DNA from: Candidatus Jordarchaeia archaeon
Lineage (GTDB): Archaea > Asgardarchaeota > Jordiarchaeia > Jordiarchaeales > Jordiarchaeaceae
Assembly (NCBI GenBank): GCA_029856435.1
Contig: JAHQXB010000100.1
Location: 1-40,287, forward strand
Direction of reading: 5' to 3'
Length of the DNA: 40,287 nucleotides
Shown piece by piece: positions 27,373 through 37,051 of the stretch. How positions within the stretch are numbered: position 1 is the stretch's first letter; every line of letters begins with the position of its first letter. Both the position numbers and the translations under genes were made by a program. The notes beneath the pieces are model-generated. The model searched no databases. It worked only from the letters and a program-made list of their open reading frames with translations, and had not been told where the DNA came from.

Positions 27373-27489
27373 TCAGAGTTATAGACTAAATTTTTACTAC
27401 AAATTATTCCTTTTCCATAAAAATTTTTGAGATTCATCTTGTTAAAATACTGAGAACAGTAAAATATTATTTGGGGATAAATTACCTTT

Positions 27490-27921
27490 TTATTGGTTGG
27501 GGGTAACTATTTTTCCACCCGCAGCCTCAATTTTTTCTTTAGCCTTTTCGGTGAAGCTTTCTGCCTTGACTAGAAGGGGTCTTGTTACTTTGCCTGATCC
27601 GAGAACTTTGTCATATCCAAGATTATGAAGATCTATAACTAGCATGTTTTCTTGTTTTCCCGAGGAAAATTTTTCAGCGAACTGGTCTATCGTGCCCACA
27701 TTAATTGTTTCGGGGTTTTTCACTATCCTCTCATAGCGGGTGAATCCGTATTTTCCGAAATAGTCTGGTTCGTATTTTATGGTTTGGATCCATAGATGTT
27801 TATGTTTTCCCGTTTGTCCTCTGCCGCCTCTCTGACCTTTGCTCCTATGTTGGCCTACCTGTCCGAAGCCATGAGTTCTAGACCCACGCATTTTCCGCGT
27901 TTTTTTCCTTCTTCTTATCAC
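27490..27921 (-). CDS. rpl15: 50S ribosomal protein L15 (uL15)
   Basis: RKMRGSRTHGFG, YFGKYGF and KVLGSG motifs; GTG start. Confidence 0.97.
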   Translation of the reverse strand: MIRRRKKTRKMRGSRTHGFGQVGQHRSKGQRGGRGQTGKHKHLWIQTIKYEPDYFGKYGFTRYERIVKNPETINVGTIDQFAEKFSSGKQENMLVIDLHNLGYDKVLGSGKVTRPLLVKAESFTEKAKEKIEAAGGKIVTPNQ

Positions 27922-27974
27922 CGTTATCACACACAATATTAATTTAGTATATTGTGGTTGGAGTAAGCTGAGAG

Positions 27975-27996
27975 TCTTTATATTTTTTGCTATTAA
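27975..27996 (-). promoter_or_regulatory. BRE/TATA promoter upstream of rpl15
   Basis: Identical 22-bp copy of the secY promoter motif. Confidence 0.65.
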
Positions 27997-28104
27997 AATA
28001 TAGATGGCTAAGTTTTCAAAAAGGTAGAAATTATTTAAATTTTAAATATAAAAAGAATCATGTTTTGGTTCTTTAGAGAATTAAGGTTTATGTGCCTTTT
28101 GCCT

Positions 28105-28617
28105 TTAGGCTTTCTGGGCTCTTATCTCTAGAACCCTGTTTTTGTATCTTGATTCTACGGTTTTGGGGTTTATGCTACAGGGCATTTGGATTTCCTTATT
28201 ATATTTTTTCATGTTAGAGTTAACCCATATGTAAATTGTATTTTTAGTAGCATCTACCTTTATGTCATCCTTTTTTATGCCGGGAATTTCGGCTATGACT
28301 ATTATTTCCTTCCCCTCGTCAAATACATCAAATAATGGTTCTTCTTCTTTTTGTTCGATTTGCACTTCAGGTTTGAATAGGTCTTCGCTTTTTCCAATTG
28401 GCTTGATTTGAGGCTTACCGTCCGGGCCCAGAGTTACGGAAAAACCATAGAACAGGGGTGGGGGGTTTCGGAAGAACTTTTCGGGATCTTGGAATAATTT
28501 TTCTTGGTTTTGGAAAAGCTGACGCATCATTTCCTCTATGATTTCTTGGAACTGTTCAAAGTTTTCAAAGATATCCCAGAAGGGGAATCGACGCTTCCTT
28601 TTTTTATCGTCAGTCAA
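28105..28617 (-). CDS. hsp20: Small heat shock protein (Hsp20/alpha-crystallin family)
   Basis: FPFWD N-terminus, YGFSVTLGPDGKP, DVFDEG..VIAEIPGIKKDDI and YKNRVLEI motifs; TTG after GGAGG. Confidence 0.93.
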   Translation of the reverse strand: MTDDKKRKRRFPFWDIFENFEQFQEIIEEMMRQLFQNQEKLFQDPEKFFRNPPPLFYGFSVTLGPDGKPQIKPIGKSEDLFKPEVQIEQKEEEPLFDVFDEGKEIIVIAEIPGIKKDDIKVDATKNTIYIWVNSNMKKYNKEIQMPCSINPKTVESRYKNRVLEIRAQKA

Positions 28618-28781
28618 ATACAAGCCTCCTACTAAAGGATGTAATCATAGGGATATAATAATGTATCGAAAGCGGTGGATGATTACTGCAGAGCAAGAAA
28701 AAAGGTTTTTCAGTTTTTTCAATATTTATATTTTTAAACGTATATTTATTCCAAAGAGAAAAAATTTAAAAAGCAAGTTAT

Positions 28782-29261
28782 TTAAATCATTTTCCTTAAA
28801 AGTTCATTTATTTTTTCTCCGCGGTATCCAAGCTCCCCCCTTGCCCTAAATGGCCTTTTTTTGGGATTATCGAACCCTCCCTTCGGGGGATGTAGTCTAA
28901 AAATAGGTTTCAAGTCTGGCAGATCGCTAAGTTTCGCCTGGTTTTTGTAAACCGCCTTTGAGAAAGCATCCACGCTGTCAAACTTTGACTTTTCTTTCAA
29001 ATATTGATCTGTAAGTCTCTTGTTACCGCTAAGGCGCCCTCTTTTACTCAATAGCAAGCTTAAGGTTTCTTCATCTATTTCTCCCCATGTGATATAATCT
29101 TTGGCTTTCTGGAGCATTCCAAGGTGGCTTGGGGTACTTTCTATTAAGGTTGCGTGATTTAAATGATGCAATCTAAGCATTTTTAGAGTATCGTTTATTT
29201 CTCTTCGGACATTAACTGTTCCTCTAATTCTTACTACAGCTAGAAGTTTGTTTGATTCCAT
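28782..29261 (-). CDS. rpl30: 50S ribosomal protein L30 (uL30)
   Basis: AVVRIRG, TLKMLRL, YITWGE and FRLHPPKGG motifs. Confidence 0.97.
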   Translation of the reverse strand: MESNKLLAVVRIRGTVNVRREINDTLKMLRLHHLNHATLIESTPSHLGMLQKAKDYITWGEIDEETLSLLLSKRGRLSGNKRLTDQYLKEKSKFDSVDAFSKAVYKNQAKLSDLPDLKPIFRLHPPKGGFDNPKKRPFRARGELGYRGEKINELLRKMI

Positions 29262-29267
29262 CTAATC

Positions 29268-29900
29268 TTAGCTCCTTACCCAATCTTTTGGATGCATAGT
29301 TTCGTAGGTTTTTCTGAGCGCATCAAATGTAGCATATGCAAAGTTTACGGTGGTTTTGGTGTGTCCCCGTGACCATGACCATACATCAGTAATGCCAGCC
29401 AATCTTAAGATTATTCTTGCAACATCAGAGGCAACGATTCCTACACCTCTTGGCGCGGGAATAAGTTTAACTTCCACACTTCCTGACTTGCCTCTTACTT
29501 TGAAAGGCAGGGAGTGCACATCACCACAACCGCATTCCCAGCTTCCGCATCCCCGACGTATAGGAATTATGTTCATTTTTGCGCTTATTATTGCTTTTCT
29601 TATTGCGGGGCCTATTTCCGCGGCTTTTGCCTCGCTTATTCCTAGGTACCCATTATTGTTACCAACAGCTACGGTTGCTTTAAACCGGTTTTTTTCTCCA
29701 GCGTCTGTTTGTTTTTGAACTAGATTTATATCTATTACTTCCTCTTCTAACCCGGGAAGGAGAATATCCACTATTTCGGGCTCCATGATACGTAGGCTTT
29801 GCTGGAAGATTTCTTCTATGCTTGTAATTATCCCTTCTTTAACCATCATGCCAACTCTGGTTTTTGGCTGAAATTCTTCTTCGTATTCGGTCTTAGACAT
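29268..29900 (-). CDS. rps5: 30S ribosomal protein S5 (uS5)
   Basis: VQKQTDAGE, RRGCGSWEC and LIPAPRGVG motifs. Confidence 0.98.
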   Translation of the reverse strand: MSKTEYEEEFQPKTRVGMMVKEGIITSIEEIFQQSLRIMEPEIVDILLPGLEEEVIDINLVQKQTDAGEKNRFKATVAVGNNNGYLGISEAKAAEIGPAIRKAIISAKMNIIPIRRGCGSWECGCGDVHSLPFKVRGKSGSVEVKLIPAPRGVGIVASDVARIILRLAGITDVWSWSRGHTKTTVNFAYATFDALRKTYETMHPKDWVRS

Positions 29901-30503
29901 TTATTTTTTGCCTCCAAAACTCTCAAGAATCGCGTTTTTTACTGTGTCAAAATGTTTGGGCAGATTTTCTGGTTTTACTCCACGTTTTAGCTGTTTGGAA
30001 AATTGTCTATTGTAGAGGTCAGGATTTTGGGATTGAAGCATTTTAGCGTATTCTGCTATGTGTTCACCACGTATACGCGAATCTTCGGGAAGTATATCTT
30101 CTCCATGTGGAACCTCAAGGTTCGCATCTAGAGCACCTTTTAGAACCGCAAACAGGCTGCTGTTTTTAACAGATGCTTGTAATCCAATATCGAGAATAGT
30201 TTTCTTTATTTTTTTCTTTTGAGCCTTTAGACCAATAAGGAGACCTATTAAATAGGCAGCGGGAATATTTCCGCAGTGCCCTTCCCAACCATATTTTTTC
30301 TTAAGCTCATGCGTATGCGCAGAAAGCAAAACTTTATCACCGTGAGGCAGAGAATCTATTATCTGCGCAGAAATATTGTTTGCACTCCTTCTTACAACTA
30401 ACCTAGGTAGTCCTGAAACTAGTAGTCTTCGCCTTAGATAATAATTCGTTTTTTGTTCTCTTCTTCTTCTTACTGGAACTTTGTATGTTGGGTTTTTAGG
30501 CAT
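29901..30503 (-). CDS. rpl18: 50S ribosomal protein L18 (uL18)
   Basis: [18 protein letters not shown] and NIPAAYLIG motifs. Confidence 0.97.
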   Translation of the reverse strand: MPKNPTYKVPVRRRREQKTNYYLRRRLLVSGLPRLVVRRSANNISAQIIDSLPHGDKVLLSAHTHELKKKYGWEGHCGNIPAAYLIGLLIGLKAQKKKIKKTILDIGLQASVKNSSLFAVLKGALDANLEVPHGEDILPEDSRIRGEHIAEYAKMLQSQNPDLYNRQFSKQLKRGVKPENLPKHFDTVKNAILESFGGKK

Positions 30504-30647
30504 CTCTTAAACCTCTAATGAAAAATTCATCCAAATCAATTAGGGAATTAGGATTGTGAAGTAAACAACAACATTTATCGTTTAAAAGGTTTCTATCAAA
30601 GTAATTATTGTTTATGTCTAAATCACATTTTTATCAGGTTCTAAAAT

Positions 30648-31097
30648 TTATCGCCTCGTTAATTTTTGTTCTTTTATGTAGGTTTTCACATGGGCCACGT
30701 TTCGGAATGTACCGCCCTTTGCCTTCAGGTAAAGAGTCCTATAAACGGAAGGAGTAATTACTCTTCTAGCTCTTAGATCTTTCAGGAGTCTTCGGATCGG
30801 CCTAATTTTCTTCATCCATAGCTCTTTTCTTGACACACGAGAGTACTTTGCGCCTCTGATTTTTCCTTTACCTCGTCTCTGCCCTTTCCTTTTTTTCTTG
30901 GCAAGAAGCCTAGCTCTTCCCCGGCTGGTTCCCACAACATCTTTTGCATATATTATTTTGTTTTTAATTAGACTTCGAATATCTTCCTTCCTAATGGCCA
31001 TTGAAACTTTATCCAGATTATCAGGGTCTATCCATACCTTATTTTCGCCAACTTTAAGGAGCTTTGCCGCAAGTTTTCTCTGAGCTCTAAGATTCAA
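30648..31097 (-). CDS. rpl19e: 50S ribosomal protein L19e
   Basis: QRKLAAKLLKVGENKVW and LYLKAKGG motifs. Confidence 0.97.
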   Translation of the reverse strand: MNLRAQRKLAAKLLKVGENKVWIDPDNLDKVSMAIRKEDIRSLIKNKIIYAKDVVGTSRGRARLLAKKKRKGQRRGKGKIRGAKYSRVSRKELWMKKIRPIRRLLKDLRARRVITPSVYRTLYLKAKGGTFRNVAHVKTYIKEQKLTRR

Positions 31098-31154
31098 TTT
31101 GCTCTACCTCTCTTTTTCTACTCATTTTTCGCATTCCTTTTTTGCAGGTTTATC

Positions 31155-31871
31155 TTAACCCTTTTTTGAGGTTATTTCTTTCGCCTTTTCGACCCATTTT
31201 TTAATTTGTTCAGCAGGCACTTCAATTATTTCAGATAGCTCCTCTATTTCCGTTTCCTCAGCTAAATCCTCAGCGCTGAATATGCCAATTTCTTCTAGCT
31301 TTTTAGCTGTTGCCTTACTTATACCTTCAATAGCTGTTAACTCAGTTTCTCCAGCTACCTTCGGGACTTCTTCGACCTTCTTTTTCCGAGGCTTCTTTTC
31401 TGCGGCCTCTAACTCTTCTAGTTCCTCTAGGTCCTCTTCTTTTATTGTTTCGCCTTCTTCCAACCTTTCTTCGAGTTCCTCTTCTTCAGCCAATATTACC
31501 CTTGGATTAAGCACCCATATAGCCCTTTTTTCAGCCTCATCCATAATATCAACAGCTTTACGTCCACCGACGGAATTCGCTATGCGAATTGCCTGCCTCT
31601 CGGGGTTTACCTTATCTAAATCTTTAACATTATAAACTATCACTTCCTCGAATCCTGAGGGATGTAAACCCCTAATTTTTTTGGGGCTACCATATCCTAT
31701 ACTGGGGGATTTAGGTGCGCCCTTTCTTTTTAGCCTCATCATATTGTCAGTACCCTTCGGTGCGCGCCATCTACTTTTTACCCTCTTATAGCGCCAACTC
31801 TCATAGGCGACAAAAGTGGGTTTTTTTGCCTTGATTTTCTTCCTAACCTGTAAGAGTCTTTTTTCACTCAA
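31155..31871 (-). CDS. rpl32e: 50S ribosomal protein L32e with C-terminal acidic linker and HhH-like domain
   Basis: WRAPKG, GYGSP and RGLHPSGF core (aa 1-126), then an E-rich linker and ELTAIEGISKATAKKL. Confidence 0.94.
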   Translation of the reverse strand: MSEKRLLQVRKKIKAKKPTFVAYESWRYKRVKSRWRAPKGTDNMMRLKRKGAPKSPSIGYGSPKKIRGLHPSGFEEVIVYNVKDLDKVNPERQAIRIANSVGGRKAVDIMDEAEKRAIWVLNPRVILAEEEELEERLEEGETIKEEDLEELEELEAAEKKPRKKKVEEVPKVAGETELTAIEGISKATAKKLEEIGIFSAEDLAEETEIEELSEIIEVPAEQIKKWVEKAKEITSKKG

Positions 31872-32230
31872 GTTAGCATCCCTTCTAGAAGGTATCGCAA
31901 CAATTGATTAGCATAAAGTGAGAATGAGACACTCTCTTTTTAGCTTTGCAGCATAAACAATTACTAAAACTTAAATTTTACGCATTCCCATTATTCCTAT
32001 CAGGTATGAGACATTTCCTCCCATCGATTTCTCACCACAAATGTGGATAATATACGATTCAAGTAATCACACTATGTTAATGAAATACACAATTTATATA
32101 CTTCGAAATCAATAAATAAAGTAAATTACTCTTTCCAAAGTCCGTTAGGAAACCTGAAAAAAGAAGTTTAGATCATTTACCTAATGGAATTTATTGAAGA
32201 GGGTATATCATAATTTTAGGAGGCCCGGTC

Positions 32231-32824
32231 ATGGGAGAAGAAAAGGTTAATGTCTCGAGAATTTACGAAGAACTGTCTGCACTCAAAAGTATAATGGATG
32301 ATTTTGCAAAAGTTGTAGCCTCTGTTTTCAACGAAGTTAAAAATACTATTTCAAGTATTCAAGAAGGCATACAAGCTATACAAACAAGCATCCAAAACCT
32401 ACAAGCTGCAGTCCCACAGCAATTACGAAGTCTCTTACAAGAAGAGCTAAAGAGTTTGAAGGAGGCCATTCAATCCATACCAGCAGGAGTTGCAGCTACT
32501 TCGCCAGCCTTTGCAGCTCCAGCTGAGCAAGATGTAGCATCACCCGCTGTCGTCCACGCAAGAGCAGGGTTGAGAGGCCCTGCAAGCGCGTTCTCACCCT
32601 TGATTGAAGCCTTAGAGAAAAGATCAACTGCGGCAGATATTGCAAGCAAACTGGAAGAAGTGAGAGATACACTGCAAGCCCGTTATCCTTCCAATCCTTC
32701 CTTTTATGAAATGACGAAGATTGCAAAACAATTAAGGAGTAAGGGGAGCGCCAAACTAGATCGAAGCGCAACAAATGAGCTTATCAGAATGGCTGAGGAG
32801 TGGAGTGAAAGAATAGTTAAGTAA
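32231..32824 (+). CDS. Hypothetical protein: N-terminal coiled coil, Ala/Pro linker, C-terminal helical bundle (possibly Vps28-CTD-like)
   Basis: 197-aa ORF with GGAGG SD and heptad pattern; domain call is by-eye only. Confidence 0.75.
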   Translation: MGEEKVNVSRIYEELSALKSIMDDFAKVVASVFNEVKNTISSIQEGIQAIQTSIQNLQAAVPQQLRSLLQEELKSLKEAIQSIPAGVAATSPAFAAPAEQDVASPAVVHARAGLRGPASAFSPLIEALEKRSTAADIASKLEEVRDTLQARYPSNPSFYEMTKIAKQLRSKGSAKLDRSATNELIRMAEEWSERIVK

Positions 32825-33094
32825 CGTCAACCTTAAACAAATACTAAATACTGTAAATTCAAAGGTCAACTTCTAATGAAATCTATATGCAAGTTTTTAC
32901 TGAAAACCTAAAAGAGAGAGACCATACTTTAAATGAGTTTTATTATCCGTAACAAATATTAATTTAAACGTTGTAGGCTTTTTGTCTATTATTACAGTTA
33001 CTCGGCGGTCATTAAGCCAAGAACCAACAATTGAGTTAATAATAGGAAAATAATCCCAGATGGTTTCCATAAAAATCCAAGGAAGGAAAAAAAT

Positions 33095-33670
33095 ATGGTC
33101 AAAACGGCTTACTCAAAGCTGGAGGTAAAAATTCCGGATAACGTTCAAGTCGAAGTAAAAGGCATGGTTGTGGATGTAAGTGGGCCATTGGGTTCTCTAA
33201 GCAAAGATTTTTCACATGCCAAAAATATCAGAATTTCTAAAGCGAATAATAGCATTATTTTGGACACATACTACCCAGACAAGAAGAAATTGTCACTACT
33301 TGGCACATTAAAGAGCCACATAACAAATATGATAGAGGGGGTTACACGCAAATTTAGGTATGAAATGAAAATCGTATACGCCCACTTTCCAATATCCGTA
33401 GAGTACGACCCAGCTAAAAAGGTACTGCTCATAAAAAACTTTTTAGGTGAAAGAAGCGCCCGAAAAGCAGAGATCCCCTCAGGAGTAGATGTCCAAATTA
33501 AGGGAGACAATGTGATTCTAGAAAGCGTAGACAAAGAAAAAGTTGGTCAAGCTGCGGCTAGAATTCAAAAAGCTACCAAAATCAGGAAAAAGGACCCTAG
33601 GGTTTTCGGTGACGGTATCTACGTGTACAGAAAATATCTTGGCGACGAGCTTCTGTGGAAAATACTTTAA
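33095..33670 (+). CDS. rpl6: 50S ribosomal protein L6 (uL6), inverted relative to the spc cluster
   Basis: IVYAHFPI, IKNFLGE and KDPRVFGDGIY motifs. Confidence 0.97.
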   Translation: MVKTAYSKLEVKIPDNVQVEVKGMVVDVSGPLGSLSKDFSHAKNIRISKANNSIILDTYYPDKKKLSLLGTLKSHITNMIEGVTRKFRYEMKIVYAHFPISVEYDPAKKVLLIKNFLGERSARKAEIPSGVDVQIKGDNVILESVDKEKVGQAAARIQKATKIRKKDPRVFGDGIYVYRKYLGDELLWKIL

Positions 33671-33886
33671 TTCAAAACGTTGTCACACTCTTCACTATCT
33701 CAATTACTACTAAAACAGCGGGGAAAACCGCCCTCCATGATATGAAGGGAAGAACAAGCTAAAGGGAGCATAAAAACAACTTAACCCTCTTCCATATTGA
33801 TTATTCACTATGAAAAGTTATCCTGTATAAATTTTTCTAGAAAAGGGTTCAAAAACCAAATGAACCTAAACTTCTAGCTTTTCTCT

Positions 33887-34279
33887 CTAATACACGTACG
33901 CTATTAGTCTACCGCCTGTTTTTTGAGCTTTTGCCTCGTGATGAGATATCACCCCATAGGGAGTTGAAACTATCAATACCCCGAAGTCTGGGGCGGGTAG
34001 ATACTGTTTCTCAACTTCTTCGAAGTTTTTGTTCTTAACAGGATACCGCGGTTTTATTACTCCACACTTGTTTATTCTTCCAAGCAATTGCACTCTAAAT
34101 TTACCTGCGCGCCCATCGTCTATGTATTCAAACTCTCCTATGTATCCATGCTTTTGCATCACTCTAAGGATATTCCCAATAAGTTTAGAAGCGATATTGA
34201 TAATTACTTCTCTCTTACCCACATTCTCACTGTTATTTATACTGCAGAGGGCGTCAGCAAGTGGATCATTCCTAGCCAA
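33887..34279 (-). CDS. rps8: 30S ribosomal protein S8 (uS8)
   Basis: [23 protein letters not shown] and [10 protein letters not shown] motifs; TTG after GAGGTG. Confidence 0.97.
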   Translation of the reverse strand: MARNDPLADALCSINNSENVGKREVIINIASKLIGNILRVMQKHGYIGEFEYIDDGRAGKFRVQLLGRINKCGVIKPRYPVKNKNFEEVEKQYLPAPDFGVLIVSTPYGVISHHEAKAQKTGGRLIAYVY

Positions 34280-34296
34280 GATTTCCACCTCAATAT

Positions 34297-34443
34297 TTAA
34301 TTATATTTCTTGAAACCAATTTTCGCCGCCTTCTCTCTGAAACATCTTCTGCAGATGTACAAGTTATAGCGTCTTATCACGGCCCTATGGGTACCACAAA
34401 CCTTACAACTTCGGCTACCTTTACCAAATTTTTTCTTTGACAT
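34297..34443 (-). CDS. rps14: 30S ribosomal protein S14 (uS14, Zn type), 48 aa; not in the ORF track
   Basis: Manual translation [48 protein letters not shown]. Confidence 0.96.
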   Translation of the reverse strand: MSKKKFGKGSRSCKVCGTHRAVIRRYNLYICRRCFREKAAKIGFKKYN

Positions 34444-34453
34444 ATCGCGATTG

Positions 34454-35023
34454 TCACTCCTCTACTTCTTTTTTAAATGACACACCAAACTCCTCTTCCA
34501 TAAAAACTATTGTTTCTTCTTTCGTAATTTGATGCGAACGGGGTATACTTTTACGCGCCTTTCTTCTCCTCCTAATTCTATACCCCGGGCGCTCCATTGT
34601 GACACAGACATCCATACCAAAAATACCTAGTTGAGGATCATAACGAACCCCTGGAATCTCTATGTGTTCCCGAATTCCAAACGAGAAGTTCCCATGCTCA
34701 TCTATTGAATCGGGGTTGAGGCGCATTTCAACGACCTCTAAAGCTCTTCTTAAAAAGTCATGAGCTTTTTCTCCTCTAAGAGTCACTTTACAAGATATGG
34801 GTTCCCCCTTCCTTATCCCCCAGTCACGAATAGTCCTCTTAGAAATACCTTGAACCGGTTTCTGCCCAGTTAAGCTTTCCAATACATTCATGGCCTTCAC
34901 TAGTTTTTCCCCGCTTGCACCGACACCGAAATTGACCACTACCTTCTCGATTCGGGGTCTTCTCATAGGGTTTTCATTCCAATAATTTAGATAGTATTCT
35001 TTATCTATTGACTCGCTACTCAA
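34454..35023 (-). CDS. rpl5: 50S ribosomal protein L5 (uL5)
   Basis: [25 protein letters not shown] and GIFGMDV motifs; TTG start inferred. Confidence 0.97.
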   Translation of the reverse strand: MSSESIDKEYYLNYWNENPMRRPRIEKVVVNFGVGASGEKLVKAMNVLESLTGQKPVQGISKRTIRDWGIRKGEPISCKVTLRGEKAHDFLRRALEVVEMRLNPDSIDEHGNFSFGIREHIEIPGVRYDPQLGIFGMDVCVTMERPGYRIRRRRKARKSIPRSHQITKEETIVFMEEEFGVSFKKEVEE

Positions 35024-35027
35024 AGAA

Positions 35028-35798
35028 TCAACTCTCCAATACCTTTTCCTCAAGTTGGATTTCGGGTTCGTTTTGTCCTATGGGAAAGACGTACTCCAAA
35101 GCAGTTTCGAAAATGGTACCGTCAGGAGCTTCAAGTGAAACCACACTTGCGTGAGGCCCGAAACGCGGTATAATTTCCCTAATTTTACCATAAAGCCCCA
35201 TATTCTTGCCATCGATGACTATAGCCAAGTTATTCTCCTTAAAAGGAATATGCCCCAATATTTCTTGATTAGGGATAGATATTTTCAAAGTATCTTTAGT
35301 ATTATAGGGAACAATTTCCTTTGGGGAAATTTTAGGGTCTTCGATTCGGAATAAGATGTTTCTTCCATCATGTAAGGTTATTTGAAGATGGCCCCCCTTT
35401 ACTGACACTTTATTTTTTATTTGGCACAGTTTATAGGAGGCTTCCTCTTTTTTAATGGGTATGGGTTTCAACCCTTTTCTGGGTATGGGTAGTATACGAT
35501 AAAACTGGTTTACCTTTGAAATTTCAACGACATCCATTAAGCCCACGGGAAACTTGTAGTCGGTTCTGACCACTCCATCGACTTTAACGTTTCCCTCCGA
35601 GAGAATATGTTTCGTTTCACGGGTGGTGTAGCTATATTTCAGAATATCGCGGATGAGTAATAGAAGCGGTAAACTCTCCTCGGTGCCATGTGGGCCAGGC
35701 CTAGGTTTAACAGTCCACTTATATTCCTTTCTGGGAATCGGCCAAATTTTTGGCGCAGATATTCTTTTAATCTGTTTTCTTTCTCCCATTTTACCCAA
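35028..35798 (-). CDS. rps4e: 30S ribosomal protein S4e
   Basis: KRISAP, PRPGPH and DYKFPVGLMDV motifs; TTG start just after the L24 stop. Confidence 0.97.
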   Translation of the reverse strand: MGKMGERKQIKRISAPKIWPIPRKEYKWTVKPRPGPHGTEESLPLLLLIRDILKYSYTTRETKHILSEGNVKVDGVVRTDYKFPVGLMDVVEISKVNQFYRILPIPRKGLKPIPIKKEEASYKLCQIKNKVSVKGGHLQITLHDGRNILFRIEDPKISPKEIVPYNTKDTLKISIPNQEILGHIPFKENNLAIVIDGKNMGLYGKIREIIPRFGPHASVVSLEAPDGTIFETALEYVFPIGQNEPEIQLEEKVLES

Positions 35799-35799
35799 G

Positions 35800-36174
35800 C
35801 TAATCGACCTCCGTAGCTCCTGTTTTTCTCTTAATAATCTCTTTTCGCCTCTTGTCGTCGAGTTTAAGTTTGCCAATCATTACATTAGAAGGATGTATGG
35901 GATAAAATACTGTGGTACCATCAGCCTTTTCTATAGTGGCATTTTCCACATGTAAAACGTAGTTTTTGGTGTCCACTTTTTCCACTTTGCCTTCCAAACC
36001 AGAGAACGAACCAGTTATAACCACAACTTCATCTCCTTTACGAATAGGCATAGATCTTATCCCGTATTTAGCTTTCAAATCCGGCGTTAAGGCTGCACTG
36101 ATCATTTTTCTTCTTCGATGTAACGGCGCTGTATACATTCTTTTTCTTTGATTTCTGGGTTTTGTCGATTTCAT
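35800..36174 (-). CDS. rpl24: 50S ribosomal protein L24 (uL24)
   Basis: APLHRRRK, IRKGDEVVV KOW motif and IHPSNV. Confidence 0.97.
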   Translation of the reverse strand: MKSTKPRNQRKRMYTAPLHRRRKMISAALTPDLKAKYGIRSMPIRKGDEVVVITGSFSGLEGKVEKVDTKNYVLHVENATIEKADGTTVFYPIHPSNVMIGKLKLDDKRRKEIIKRKTGATEVD

Positions 36175-36192
36175 AGTCCTACTTCCTAAAAC

Positions 36193-36618
36193 TTAAATAA
36201 TGGTTGTTGCAACGCTAGCCAATCGTGACCAACGTTCAGCAGCTTCTTTTGCAATCGGTCCTCTAATTTCTGTTCCCTTAGGCTGCCCCTCTGGATTAGT
36301 TATCACAGCTGCATTATCTTCGAATTGAATCCAGTAACCGTTAGGTCTACGGAAAGGTTTCTTCTGCCTCACAATTATTGCCCTTAGCACCTGCCTTCGC
36401 ATTTCGGGAGTTCCAGACTTGACCGAAACCACTGCCATGTCTCCAACTGTTGCAGAAGCCAGTCTATTAAGACGCCCCTTATACCCAATTACCGAAACTA
36501 TCTCCACTATTTTTGCACCAGAGTTGTCAGTACATGCTATCTTTGCACCCACATTTAGTCCTCTGGACATTTTTGGGATGAATAATGCACCTACTTTCCC
36601 GCGACCTCTTTTAGGCAT
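36193..36618 (-). CDS. rpl14: 50S ribosomal protein L14 (uL14)
   Basis: [14 protein letters not shown] and [11 protein letters not shown] motifs. Confidence 0.98.
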   Translation of the reverse strand: MPKRGRGKVGALFIPKMSRGLNVGAKIACTDNSGAKIVEIVSVIGYKGRLNRLASATVGDMAVVSVKSGTPEMRRQVLRAIIVRQKKPFRRPNGYWIQFEDNAAVITNPEGQPKGTEIRGPIAKEAAERWSRLASVATTII

Positions 36619-36948
36619 TTATTTTCCCTTCTTTTTTTCTATAATTACAAACGATACGGTTTTACTTAATCGACGACACTCCATAATTTTAACCAAATCC
36701 CCGACCTGAGCATCGATACAGGGAGGATTATGAGCAGGAGTTAACGAGTGTCTACGTTCATATCTCTTATACTTTTTAACATACCAAAGATAATCACGTC
36801 TAACTATTGCTGTATTTTCCATCTTATTGCTTGTGACTACGCCCTCAAATATCCTTCCACGGACTGGCAAGTTCCCGTGGAATGGACAGAGTTTATCCTC
36901 ACATTTAGTTTTGGGGGCGGCAACTTCGACTCCAATATTTCTAGTCAT
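36619..36948 (-). CDS. rps17: 30S ribosomal protein S17 (uS17)
   Basis: CPFHGNLPVRG, KYKRYERR and ECRRLSKT motifs. Confidence 0.98.
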   Translation of the reverse strand: MTRNIGVEVAAPKTKCEDKLCPFHGNLPVRGRIFEGVVTSNKMENTAIVRRDYLWYVKKYKRYERRHSLTPAHNPPCIDAQVGDLVKIMECRRLSKTVSFVIIEKKKGK

Positions 36949-37051
36949 TATTGTTCCTCTCTATTCGGAATTCTCTTCTTTTTTGTAGCATTATTAAATA
37001 ACATAATAGTTTAACATTTGTTTCTTTTACAGGTGAACAAAATTTTCAAGG

